NCBI GenBank assembly: GCA_030390025.1
Contig: CM059432.1
Span: forward strand, 27,530,001 to 27,594,000
DNA from: Squalus acanthias
Lineage: Eukaryota
Reading direction: 5' to 3'
Length of the DNA: 64,000 bases
Part shown: piece after piece, positions 11,930-24,205 of the stretch
How the letters are laid out: every line of letters starts with the position of its first letter
How positions within the stretch are numbered: position 1 is the stretch's first letter
Translations under genes and position numbers: made by a program
The notes under the pieces: generated by a model
Told to the model about the DNA's origin: nothing
Databases searched by the model: none
Seen by the model: only the letters and a program-made list of their open reading frames with translations

Positions 11930-12818
11930 AATTATCCAATGTTTAAAACCAACTCGACAACATACAGATAAAAGCTGCCTCACTTCCAAGCAGTTGCTGT
12001 AAAACAGATTATTGCTGTGCCTGGTTTTATTTTTGAAGCTGCTGTTTCATTACAAAAATGGAATCCAATCGAAAGCCTGTCTACGTAATAATCTGATCAG
12101 TATGACACGAATTAAAGCAGCGACATTATGCTCTCTCCTGCAAGAAACACTTTGTGAGCTAATTATGATTTTCCAAGTAAAGAAGGAAAGAAAGGATTTG
12201 CATTTATACAGCACCTTTCATGACCTCAGGACATCAGCACTTTACAGGCAATTGAGTACTTTTGAAGTGCCGTCGCTGTTGTAATATAGGAAACGCGGTA
12301 GCCATTTTGGGCACAGCAAGATTCCACAAACAGCAGCAATGACATCATGTTTAGATAATCTGTTTTAGTGAGGTGGGTTGAGGGATAAATATTGGCTGTA
12401 GATATCTGTAATAAAACCAGAAATACATGGTGTGGATATTTCAGGTGTGGACCCTTCATCACTACATACAATCATAGGCCCTGTTAATAACTGTGAGGCA
12501 GGAGCGAGGGGAGCTGGGGGAGAGATTTAGCAGCTGGGACACCTGGAAGTAGGGGTTTCCCGGAGGTCGTGCCGAATTTAACAGAAGGACCTGATTTAAA
12601 TTTTTTGCCTGTGTTTCCCGGCCGCAGCCAGCCAGATTGAGAGGCAGCCGGGGAGTAGAGGAGAGGTAATTTGGACATGGGGGAAGGGGGGGAGACTCAG
12701 CCATTGGGGAGGCGGTTGGCCATCAGGGGGTGGGATCAACCATTGGGGGGGGGCGTGGAGTGGGAGTTGCAGATCGGATATCGGAGGGAGGTGAGTTGGA
12801 CATCGGGATGGAACATCA

Positions 12819-15800
12819 GGCGTCCAATCACGGGGGAGGGTCCACCGATCGCACGGTCTGATCACTGGGGAGGGTCCACCGATCGCAGGGTCCAATCACG
12901 GGGAAGGGTCCACCGATCGCAGGGTCCAATCACAGGGGAGGGTCCACCGATCGCAGGGTCCAATCACGGGGAAGGGTCCACCGATCGCAGGGTGTGATCA
13001 CGGGGGAGGGTCCACCAATCGCAGGGTCCAATCACGGGGGAGGGTCCACTGATCGCAGGGTCCAATCACGGGGAAGGGTCCACCGATCGCAGGGTCTGAT
13101 CACGGGGGAGGGTCCACCGATCGCAGGGTCCAATCACGGGGGAGGGTCCACTGATCGCAGGGTCCAATCACGGGGAAGGGTCCACCGATCGCAGGGTGTG
13201 ATCACGGGTGAGGGTCCACCGATCGCAGGGTCTGATCACGGGGAAGGGTCCAACGATCGCAGGGTCCAATCACGGGGGAGGGTCCACTGATCGCAGGGTC
13301 CAATCACGGGGAAGGGTCCACCGATCACTGGGTCTGATCACGGGGAAGGGTCCACCGATCGCAGGGTCCAATCACGGGGGAGGGTCCACTGATCGCAGGG
13401 TCCAATCACGGGGAAGGGTCCACCGATCGCAGGGTCTAATCACGGGGAAGGGTCCACCGATCGCAGGGTCTGATCACGGGGGAGGGTCCACCGATCGCAG
13501 GATCCAATCACGGGGGAGGGTCCACTGATCGCTGGGTCCAATCACGGGGGAGGGTCCACCGATCGCAGGGTCCAATCACGGGGGAGGGTCCAATGATCAA
13601 AGGGTCCAATCACGGGGGAGGGTCCACCAATCGCAGGGTCTGATCACGGGGGAGGGTCCAACGATCGCAGGGTCCAATCACGGGGGAGGGTCCACTGATC
13701 GCAGGGTCCAATCACGGGGGAGGGTCCACCGATCGCAGGGTCCACTCACGGGGGAGGGTCCACTGATCGCAGGGTCCAATCACGGGGAAGGGTCCACCGA
13801 TCGCAGGGTCCAATCACGGGGAAGGGTCCACCGATCGCAGGGTCTGATCACGGGGAAGGGTCCACTGATCGCTGGGTCCAATCACGGGGGAGGGTCCACC
13901 GATCGCAGGGTCCAATCACGTGGGAGGGTCCACCGATCGCAGGGTGCGATCACGGGGAAGGGTCCACCGATCGCAGGGTCTGATCACGGGGAAGGGTCCA
14001 CCGATCGCAGGGTCCAATCACGGGGAAGGGTCCACCGATCGCAGGGTCCAATCACGGGGAAGGGTCCACCGATCGCAGGGTCCAATCACGGGGGTGGGTC
14101 CACCGATCGCAGGGTCTGATCACGGGGGAGGGTCCACCGATCGCAGGGTCCAATCACGGGGGAGGGTCCACCGATCGCAGGGTCCAATCACGGGGGAGGG
14201 TCCACCGATCGCAGGGTCCAATCACGGGGAAGGGTCCACCGATCGCAGGGTCCAATCACGGGGAAGGGTCCACCGATCGCAGGGTCTGATCACGGGGGAG
14301 GGTCCACTGATCGCAGGGTCCAATCACGGGGAATGGTCCACTGATCGCAGGGTCCAATCACGGGGAAGGGTCCACCGATCGCAGGGTCTGATCACGGGGG
14401 AGGGTCTACTGATCGCAGGGTCCAATCACGGGGGAGGGTCCACTGATCGCAGGGTCCAATCATGGGGAGGGTCCACCGATCGCAGGGTCTGATCACGGGG
14501 GAGGGTCCACTGATCGCAGGGTCCAATCACGGGGAAGGGTCCACTGATCGCAGGGTCCAATCACGGGGAAGGGTCCACCGATCGCAGGGTCTGATCACGG
14601 GGGAGGGTCTACTGATCGCAGGGTCCAATCACGGGGGAGGGTCCACTGATCGCAGGGTCCAATCATGGGGGAGGGTGCACCGATCGCAGGGTCCAATCAC
14701 GGGGAAGGGTCCACCGATCGCAGGGTCCGATCACGGGGGAGGGTCCACTGATCGCAGGGTCCAATCACGGGGAAGGGTCCACCGATCGCAGGGTGTGATC
14801 ACGGGGGAGGGTCCACTGATCGCAGGGTCCAATCACGGGGAAGGGTCCACTGATCGCATTGTGTGATCACGGGGAAGGTTTCACCGATCGCAGGGTCCAA
14901 TCACAGGAGAGGGTCCACCGTTCGCAGGGTCCAATCACGGGGAAGGGTCCACCGATCGCAGGGTGTGATCACGGGGGAGGGTCCACCGATCGCAGGGTCC
15001 AATCACGGGGAAGGGTCCACCGATCGCAAGGTCTGATCACGGGGGAGGGTCCACTGATCGCAGGATCCAATCACGGGGAGGGTCCACCGATCGCAGGGTG
15101 TGATCACGGGGGAGGGTCCACCGATCGCAGGGTCCAATCACGGGGGAGGGTCCACTGATCGCAGGATCCAATCACGGGGAGGGTCCACCGATCGCAGGGT
15201 GTGATCACGGGGGATGGGTCCACCGATCGCAGGGTCTGATCACGGGGGAGGGTCCACCGATCGCAGCGTCCAATCACGGGGGAGGGTCCACCGATCGCAG
15301 GGTCTGATCACGGGGGAGGGTCCACCGATCGCAGGGTCTGATCACGGGGGAGGGTCCACCGATCGCAGGGTCTGATCACGGGGGAGGGTCCACCGATCGC
15401 AGGGTCTGATCACGGGGGAGGGTTCACTGATCGCAGGGTCCAATCATGGGGAAGGGTCCACCGATCGCAGGGTCCAATCACGGGGGAGGGTCCACCGATC
15501 GCAGGGTCCAATCACGGGGAAGGGTCCACCGATCGCAGGGTCTGATCACGGGGGAGGGTCCACTGATCGCAGGGTCCAATCACGGGGAAGGTTCCACCGA
15601 TCGCAGGGTCTGATCACGGGGAAGGCTCCACCGATCGCAGGGTCCAATCACGGGGAAGGGTCCAACGATCGCAGGGTCCAATCACGGGGGAGGGTCCACT
15701 GATTGCAGGGTCCAATCACGGGGATGGGTCCACCGATCGCAGGGTCTGATCACGGGGGAGGGTCCACTGATCGCAGGATCCAATCACGGGGGAGGGTCCA

Positions 15801-16594
15801 CCGATCGCAGGGTCTGATCACGGGGAAGGGTCCACTGATCGCAGGGTCCAATCACGGGGGAGGGTCCACTGATCGCAGGGTCCAATCACGGGGGAGGGTC
15901 CACCGATCGCAGGGTCCAATCACGGGGAACGGTCCACTGATCGCAGGGTCCAATCACGGGGGAGGGTCCACCGATCGCAGGGTCCACTCACGGGGGAGGG
16001 TCCACCAATCACAGGGTCTGATCACGGGGAAGGGTCCACCGATCGCAGGGTCCAATCACGGGGAGGGTCCACCGATCGCAGGGTCCAATCACGGGGAAGG
16101 GTCCACCGATCGCAGGGTCCAATCACGGGGAAGGGTCCACTGATCGCAGGGTCCAATCACGGGGGAGGGTCCACCGATCGCAGGGTGTGATCACGGGGGA
16201 GGGTCCACCGATCACAGGGTCTGATCACGGGGGAGGGTCCACCAATCGCAGGGTCCAATCACGGGGAAGGGTCCGCCAATCGCAGGGTCCAATCACGGGG
16301 AAGGGTCCACCGATCGCAGGGTCCAATCACGGGGAAGGGTCCACCGATCGCAGGGTGTGATCACGGGGGAGGGTCCACCGATCGCAGGTTCCAATCACGG
16401 GGGAGGGTCCACCGATCGCAGGGTCCAATCACGGGGGAGGGTCCACCGATCGCAGGGTGTGATCACGGGGGAGGGTCCACCGATCGCAGGGTGTGATCAC
16501 GGGGGAGGGTCCGTCGGTCACGGGGGAGGGTCCACCGATCACAGGGTCTGATCACGGGGGAGGGTCCGTCAGTCACAGGGTCCGATCACGGAGG
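12819..16594 (+). repeat. 34-bp GC-rich minisatellite, about 110 copies
   Basis: Unit GG(A/G)AGGGTCCAC(C/T)GATCGCAGGGTC(CA/TG)ATCACGG; 34-nt period (e.g. GGGTCCACC at 12838 and 12872). Confidence 0.97.
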
Positions 16595-16771
16595 AGGTAA
16601 GAAGGTTTGTTTGGTGGGCCGGGAGAAGCACTCCTGCTCCTCTTGGCCCAGCAAGCAGTGCTGTAAAGGCTCGTACCTGATGGATCCGGCTCTTCACGCC
16701 TCCCTTCAGCTGCCAGGCCGCGGACGTTAAAAGTAAAGCTCTTGTTAAATTGGAGGCACACAGCCTCATTA

Positions 16772-17065
16772 GAATATAGAAACATTAGAAACATAGAAAC
16801 ATAGAATCTAGGAGCAGGAGTAGGCCATTCGGCCCGTCGAGCCTGCTCCACCATTCAATACGATCATGGCTGATCATCCAACTCCAGTACCCTGTCCCTG
16901 CTTTAATCCCCACAGTACACATATCCCACCCTACCCCCATAACCCCACGTATTTAATTCCCCCTAACATATCCCATCCTATCCCCATAACCCCACATATT
17001 TAATCCCCCCCTAACACTAAGGGTCAATTTATCATAGCCAAATCAACCTAACCCGCATATTTTAG
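16772..17065 (-). mobile_element. 5'-truncated HE1/V-SINE copy
   Basis: Reverse complement of 45685-45962, including the internal tandem duplication and the (CTATGTTT)n tail. Confidence 0.85.
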
Positions 17066-18399
17066 TGTTGGACCCGCCTCCTGAGAGCAGGTTAGCCGCC
17101 CGCCTCCCAACCCATCTCCGTTAAAAGCGGAAGTAGGCGTGTTGGGCGCATTGGGGTCGGGGTTCCAGATTTTTGAATTTTTAACGCCCCCTCATACCTC
17201 CCCCCCGCCCCCCTCCAGTCATCCTGGTAGGTTAAAACTCCCCCCTAGTAGAATCATACAGAACTGAAGGAAATCATTCAGCCCACTGTGCCTGTGCTGG
17301 CTCTTTGAACAAAATATCCAATTAGTCCCACTTAATTGCACCATAATTTGCATTTTTTCTTTTATCTCTGCTGACTTGTTCTTTTGTTACAATTGCAGCG
17401 AGTGACCATAAGAGGGGATGAGAGCTGTTTCATTGGACCAGGATTTGCTGTAGCAGGACATGTAACGGCGTTTGCCGTTAGTTAGACTTGCCTCTGCACC
17501 CTTCCGCTCAAAAAATGTTTGGCCACTAAGTTGCTGAAAGTGCGAGCTGATAATGGCACAGTGAGGGCAAGAGGGCATCTGGGACATGAGTGAAAAGGGC
17601 AACCAACAGGGTATCTTCTTAACCAATGAGATTGTAGGATTGAGAAATAAACAGAGGAAGTACTAAGAAGGTGGGTGAATTAAAGGGAGTGAATTCAATG
17701 TCAAATCAGGTACAGAAAGAGAAATAAAGAGAGGGAAAAAAGATTGGATTAAGAGAGAGATAAAAGGAAGAAAAAAAATATTTTTTAAATTTGACATTTT
17801 CAAACAAACCTGAAACAATTCACAATCTGAGGGAATGTGACTCCACACTTTCAATTGTTAATTTTCAGCGCCAGAGAGGATGATTGGCAGTAATTAACAT
17901 TTATCCTGTAATTAAAAGGATACCTACACTTGTAATTACTAGCTCTAAATATATGTGGTGAGTTTAGTTCAAACCTCGCAAGTCCAGCGACTTCACCCCA
18001 TTCATTGCATTTCAACGGTGAGGCAGACAGCGAGATGCCAGTTTCACAAAGTGAATGGTGGAGCGGTGCAACTCGGACAGCAACTTTTGGATATTCACAT
18101 TGAACCACACATCTGCTCCTCGCCTGAAGACGCCGAACCATTCACCCATAAATTGGTGCAATTAGCCTCACCGTTATATTGACAGAGTATTATGGCCCAT
18201 TCTGTTTTGGGGAAAGATGGTTGATTTGCAGTTAAAGATGAAGTAATTTGTATTTTGAGCACCTTTTATTATTTTCTATTTTGTTCACTTGGATTCTTTT
18301 TCCCACCAGTTTTCTCCCATCCCATCCTCCTCTCTTGAAGGTTGATTCCTTGTTGGAGTATAGTTCCACAGGTGTCAGTAGTCCTCCTGTTCCTCAACC

Positions 18400-18985
18400 T
18401 CAGGATGTCCCAAAGTGCTTTACAGCCAATGATGTACTTTTCAAGTGTTGTAATGTAGGAAACGCGGCAGCCAGTTTCCGCACAGCAAGCTCCCACAAAC
18501 AGCAATTAAATAAATGGCCAGATCACCTGTTTTAGTGGAGTTGGTTGAAAAGAAAAAAGACTTGCATTTATATAGCGCCTTTCACAACCACCGGACGTCT
18601 CAAAGTGCTTTGAAGTACTTTTGAAGTGGAGTCACTGTTGTAATGTGGGAAACACGGCTGCCAATTTGCTCCCACAAACAGCAATGTGATAATGACCAGA
18701 TAATCTGTTTTTGTTATGTTGGTTGAGGGATAAACATTGGCCAGGACACCGGGGGTTAACTCCCCTGCCCTTCTTTGAATAGTCTTTTACGTCCACCTGA
18801 GAGAGCAGATGGGGCCTCGGTTTAACATCTCATCCGAAAGGCGACCCCTCCGCCAGTGCAGCACTCCCTCAGCACTGCACTGGAGTGTCAGCCTAGATAT
18901 TGTGCTCAAGTCTCTGGAATGGAACTTGAACCCCTGATATGCTGACTCAGAGGTGAGAATGCTACCACTGAACCAAGGCTGACAC
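18400..18985 (-). mobile_element. Deu-domain tRNA SINE (near-full copy about 18552-18985 plus a partial copy)
   Basis: tRNA-like head GTGTCAGCCTTGGTTCAGTGGTAGCA..GGTTCAAGTTCCA, Deu core and L2-like tail. Confidence 0.75.
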
Positions 18986-19860
18986 TTAATTGGCCAGTCT
19001 TCATATGTAAGCTTAGAAAGCAAGCTATTTGGGTCATCTTAATCAATACTTAAATTTATATACTACTGCACATGATACAAAGGCACACTACTGGGGAGGG
19101 GGGGTAAAGGGGGTAGAAACTAAACAGAATAAAGGGGAGAGGTTAGGAGTTGACTAAAATCACATTTGAAGAGTAAACTTTGAAAAGGTTTTAGAAGGAG
19201 GATAGAGAGGTAGCAAGGTGAAGAGGTTTGGTGACTGAACCCAGAGTGGAATCAAGGGAAAGGGGAAGAGAGACACACTAGAGACCAGAGTCTGAATAGT
19301 AAAAGGAGCAGCGCACAGTGTGGGGCTGGAGAAGATTGCAGATGTGGATTGGAGTCTTTCTTCCTAGGCAGAAGCCCAGGGGCAGACTGGCTCCCCTGAA
19401 AGGACGCGGGATTATTCGAGATTCTCAAGGAAATAGGGGGGAGCGGCCGATAATATATCGGCGTGGAACCATTCACTTGGAAATCTCCCGAATTCACATT
19501 CTGTCCAGGAAAGGATTTAATGATGAAGATGTCCCTCTCCCCATAGCCCTGAAAATTTGGCCATCGGTGTCCTAGCCAATATTTATCCCTCATTAGTTAA
19601 CTCAGCAGAGACCAGACACTGAACCCGAGGCCTGCCTGCTCTGTGCAGTACAGTTCCAAACTAAATCAGATTTCCAGCATCCGCAGTATTTTGCTATTGT
19701 AAACCAAATGGTGTCTCCTCCTAATGCAAGATCGCCACCAAGAGGCAATAAGTGGTGCTGCAGTGATTTGTGCATATTTTATATGGGAATTTGTTACAAT
19801 TTACACTTGCATCGTACCTTTAAATTAATGACATATAACAAGGCACTTTACAAAGGGATG

Positions 19861-20954
19861 TCTTCCTTTTCCCTCAACCGAGGATTCCCCTCTACCGTGG
19901 TTGACATGGCCCTCGGCCGTGTCCATTCCATTTCCCATAATTCTGCTCTCACTCCTTCCCCTCCCTCCCAGAACCACGATAGGGTTCCCCTTGTCCTCAT
20001 CTTTCACCCCACCAGCCTCCACATTCAACGGATCATCCTCCGCCATTTCCGCCACCTCCAGCGTGATCCCACCACCAAACACATCTTCCCCTCCCCTCCT
20101 CTTTCAGCGTTCTGTAGGGACCGCTCCCTCCGCAACACCCTGGTCCACTCCTCTATCACCCCCAACACCCCTTCCTCTTCACCCAGCACCTTCCCATGCA
20201 AGCGCAGGAGATGCAACACCTGCCCTTTTACCTCCTCCCTTCCCACTGTCCAGGGCCCCAAACACTCCTTCCAGGTGAAACAGCGACTTACTTGTACTTC
20301 TTACAATTTAGTATACTGTGTTCGCTGCTCACGATGCGGTCTCCTCTACATTGGGGAGACCAAACGCAGATTGGGTAACCGCTTTGCAGAACACCGCCGT
20401 TCAGTCTGCAAGCGTGACCCCGAGCTTCTGGTCGCCTGTCACTTTAATTCTCCGCTCCACTCCCACTCTGATCTCTGTCCTCGGCCTCTTACACTGTTCC
20501 AACAAAGCTCAACGTAAGCTCGAGGAACAGCACCTCATCTTTCTATTAGGCACTTTACAGCCTTCTGGACTTAACAACAATTTCAGACTATAACCTGTAT
20601 TTATTTATATATTTTTTTTCTCTTGTTTTCTCACATGGCAGCTGTTAATGATCCTGCCATCATCATTCACACCTCATCTAGAGTCATCTTTTGTTTCTTA
20701 ACTTGTCCCATTGCCATCTCCTTTTGCCTTGCACCATCATCCCTTTTGTCAGTCAATCTCTCCTGCCTTCCAGCCTATCACAGACCTTCCTTTTGTTCTT
20801 TCCTCCCCTCCTCCCTGCCCCTGCTTAAAATTCTCTCTTCTCTAACCTTTTCCAGTTCTGACGAAGGGTCCCCGAATTGAAACATTGACTCTGTTTCTCT
20901 CTCCTCGATGCTGCCTGACCTGCTGAGTGTTTCCAGCATTTTCTGTTGTTATTT
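19861..20954 (+). mobile_element. Penelope-like element (Neptune-type), 5'-truncated, with GIY-YIG endonuclease remnant
   Basis: CKRRRCNTC...NLVYCVRCSRCGLLYIGETKRRLGNRFAEH...VACHFN. Flanked by the 17-bp direct repeat CACTTTACAAAGGGATG (19844-19860 and 20955-20971). Confidence 0.9.
20854..20890 (+). ncRNA. Degenerate minimal hammerhead ribozyme in the PLE 3' repeat
   Basis: AGTT-CTGACGA-A-GGGTC..GAATT-GAAA-CATT-GACT: core boxes are present, but stem II and the palindrome have decayed. Confidence 0.5.
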
Positions 20955-23559
20955 CACTTTACAAAGGGATGGCTCTGGCACCCAGTAGGATTGGGAGAAA
21001 GTTACGGTTGGCGACTGAAACTAAAGTTTGACAAGAAGTGGAGTGGTAGATCCTTGGGACATAATACAGGATGTAGGACGCCACCACTGAAAGGCTGAAC
21101 TCAGTGCCTCGGTATTGCACATGAATGTGAGCTGTGAGCTCAGACTTCTGGTCAAGGTTACAGTCTTCTGGCTGAGAGGCAAGACTGCTATCGACTGAGC
21201 CCATCTGGCACATACGATATCATGTTGCACAAGGGTTAATGTGAGGACGGTTGTGTCTGACAGAGAGGCTTTACTGCCCTTCTCTGCTGAGTGAGCAGGT
21301 ACTGAATGACACGGTCGTGGGATGTTTTTTTTCTCCCTGTGCTGTTTACAAGGGAACAAACGAGAAGCAATGATTATCAGCCTATCTGTTGAAAAATAAC
21401 CAAGCACCATAATTGTCGTGTCATGTGACAGAATGAAAAGAAATTTGGCTGACAACCAAAGGTGCTTGTAGAGTGTTAGATGACGAAAACAAGCAATATA
21501 ATGGTTTACAGTTCAATGGGCTCAGAGTTTTTTTTCCCCTATCCTAATTTCACCCTTCTTTGCCTGAAGGCATGGAGCCGTGTTGGGACACGGTTCTATG
21601 AGAACTGATTGCCCTCAAGCCCAAGTGATCATTCTTCACGCATACGTACAGACATTGAGAGTCAGTGTGCGATTCACCCAGAGCGGGCATCATATCGAAT
21701 TCAACTTCTTAGCTAGGGTCCTTGAATAACAAACAGAAATACTGGCGTTTTGTTTTTTGTGCGTCTACTCTCTCAAGCCCACTGGGGCGAAGGTTAAATT
21801 GCAGTACTTTTGTACTGCCACCTTGACAGAGAACGGCTGGCTTGTCACAGGCCGTGGCTGAAACTTGAGTCTTCCTGACCAGTACTACACTGGCCAATGC
21901 ACTTACCAATGTAGCCATCGAGTGGAGTCCTACAGCTAAACCTCAGTAGGGAGGTTGTACAGTATATGCACAGCAATTTTCAGCCCTCTTCTCAGGGCCA
22001 GAGTGACTCATGCTGGGGTACAGTTCCACAGGCCCCGCATGCTATTCACATTTCTTCATAAGAAATGCAAATTGGAGAAACCTCTAACTCCACTTTGTTT
22101 ATGAAACCGAAGGTCTGAGCTTGTTTGGTGGTTTCCGGTACTTGAGTGCACCGGTTATTGATTAACCCCTTTGCTCCCGCAGGGTTTCCAAATCTGACAA
22201 ATTCCCAGGCACTTGGAATCCCATCACCATTGAGCCAAACTACAACCCATGGTCCACATGCAACCTTCTGAGCCCTGGCAATCCAGCCCTCAAAGCAACT
22301 CAGTCCTATTTGCAGTAATATATTTCTTATTTGCTGCATTGTTCTGTTCGAATCTTGTGGGCCTGGAGGTTGGGAAAGGGCTGTTCTTCGTGCTGTTGCC
22401 TTATTGGTGGAATCTAAAAATCGGCAGCTCGAGACATACGCAGATTAATGGAAACATGGATTTATGTTTATGCATTGCCCCGAGTTGAAGGGTATGAAGC
22501 TATTCGTCCCATAAAGCCAAAAAGGTTGGACACCCTTTAAGTATGCCATGTATTTTAAGGTTCAATTCCACTTCTCCGACCCACAGGCCCTGGGAGCGCA
22601 GTTTCCATGCGGAAGAACACAGTTTGCAGAATCAACCTTTCAACTCCATCATTTTCAAAATGGCCGCTCTTGAAAATACAGGTATCATGTAGAGAGTTTT
22701 CTGTAACTTTCTCCATTCCTCTCCTGACGGCACCGCTTGCTGGGGAATGGGGATCGGGGCACTGGCTGCCCCTTGGCACCTTGCCCACGTGGTCATTTTC
22801 CCCAAATAAACCTTGATAGTGGATGTCCGCAGGTTATTCCACCACTGAGCTGACCCTGATCCTACCCTCATCCGGTGTCCATAATCAGACATCTTCAGCA
22901 GGCATCACTAGACAATGATCAGAAATTGGAACAATGGCTAATTTTCTCCTCCCTAGCCCTTGGGAACTGATGGGGTGGGATGGAATCAGAACAGAGCAAG
23001 CAGCATCATAGCCACTGCATTGTGATGTTTGTTTTCACATAGAAATCTTTAATAACTAACTCTTCCAAATCATGTGAGGCACAATAACGTGGAGAAAATA
23101 AGAGCTTCTGTTTGGAAATCCAGCATTTTTGAAGTTTCTCGAATGCCGAATGAAAGAAAGCCTGTCCAGTACAAACCAGCCATTATATAAAGTGGTAATT
23201 GGACCCAAAACAATGATTCATCTCCACTATAAACCAATTTAATTATGAAGGACGCTGTCCGGGCCGCTAGATGTATAGTACATGGTACATGAGCCAGAAA
23301 AGGATGGTGATGCACTCCCGGCTGGAACTGTAAAGCTGTTTTTATACCAAATCATTTTTCTGAAAGTTAGCTGCTTCCTCCCCCTTCTTCAGCCTCTTGT
23401 AGGCGAGAGCAAAAAAGAAGAGTCCAACTGGTCAGACAAGGGCAGCCTCAATACTATTTCTCAGCCTAGTTTTATCATATGCCTCCCTTTTAAGTTTCAG
23501 TTTAGTTTCTATTTATTTATCTTAAAAACTCTTTCAATTGATAAACTCCCTTTTGCATA

Positions 23560-24205
23560 GTTTCATGTATAGTTACTCATTCTATTTCTTTCTCCCTCAT
23601 GTCCTTATCTAGCTTTCCCTTAAATGCATCTATGCTATTTGCCTCAACTACTCCTTGTGGTAGCGCGTTCCACATTCTATCCACTCTCTGAAGTTTCTCC
23701 TGAATTCCCTATTGGATCTATTGGTGACTATCTTATACTTATGGCCCCTACTTTTGGTCTCCACCACAAGTGGAAACATCCTCTCCACATCTACCTTATT
23801 AAACCCCTTCATAATTTTGAAGACCCCTATTAGGTCAGCCCTCAGCCTACTCTATTCTAGAGAAAAGAGCCCTAGCCTGTTCAGCCTTTCCTGATAAGCA
23901 TATCCCCTCAGTTCGGTATATATTTTTAAATATATTTATTTTGTACTCTATCCATCTCATATTGAAGATTCTCCACTGCTACTGCATTGTCTGGTTTGCT
24001 AAGTGTTCTGTCCCATTGATTTGGGCCAGACCCCTTATTTTACTGGACTTTGACAGTCCAGCACCCTTACCTTTGATTGTTTATTATCCTTTTCGGTTTT
24101 CACATTAAACCAAGCTATGTTGTGGTCGCTTTTTCCCATGTGTTCTCCTATTCTTAGGTCAGTTATTTGTCCCACCTCATTTCCCAGACCTAAGTCAAAC
24201 AATGT
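23560..24205 (-). mobile_element. Decayed CR1 LINE fragments (3' RT end and endonuclease C-terminus)
   Basis: RLGLFSLE..RLR.DL motif at about 23830-23890; DLGLGNEVGQITDLRIGEHMGKSDHN at about 24120-24200. Confidence 0.6.

Larger units (their letters stand above)
12517..17247. mobile_element. MITE-like element hosting the minisatellite and a SINE
   Basis: Right flank (GGAGAAGCACTCCTGCTCCTC..GGCCC, GTACCT, terminal GGTTAAAACTCCCCC) resembles the elements at 2955 and 35410. Left end is approximate. Confidence 0.45.

Noticed and set aside
12671..16551. Many ORFs with repeating GSTDRRVQSRGRVHRSQG peptides, and a superficial CRISPR-like periodicity
   Set aside because: These are translations of a 34-bp tandem repeat. 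There are no unique spacers or cas genes, and the context is eukaryotic.
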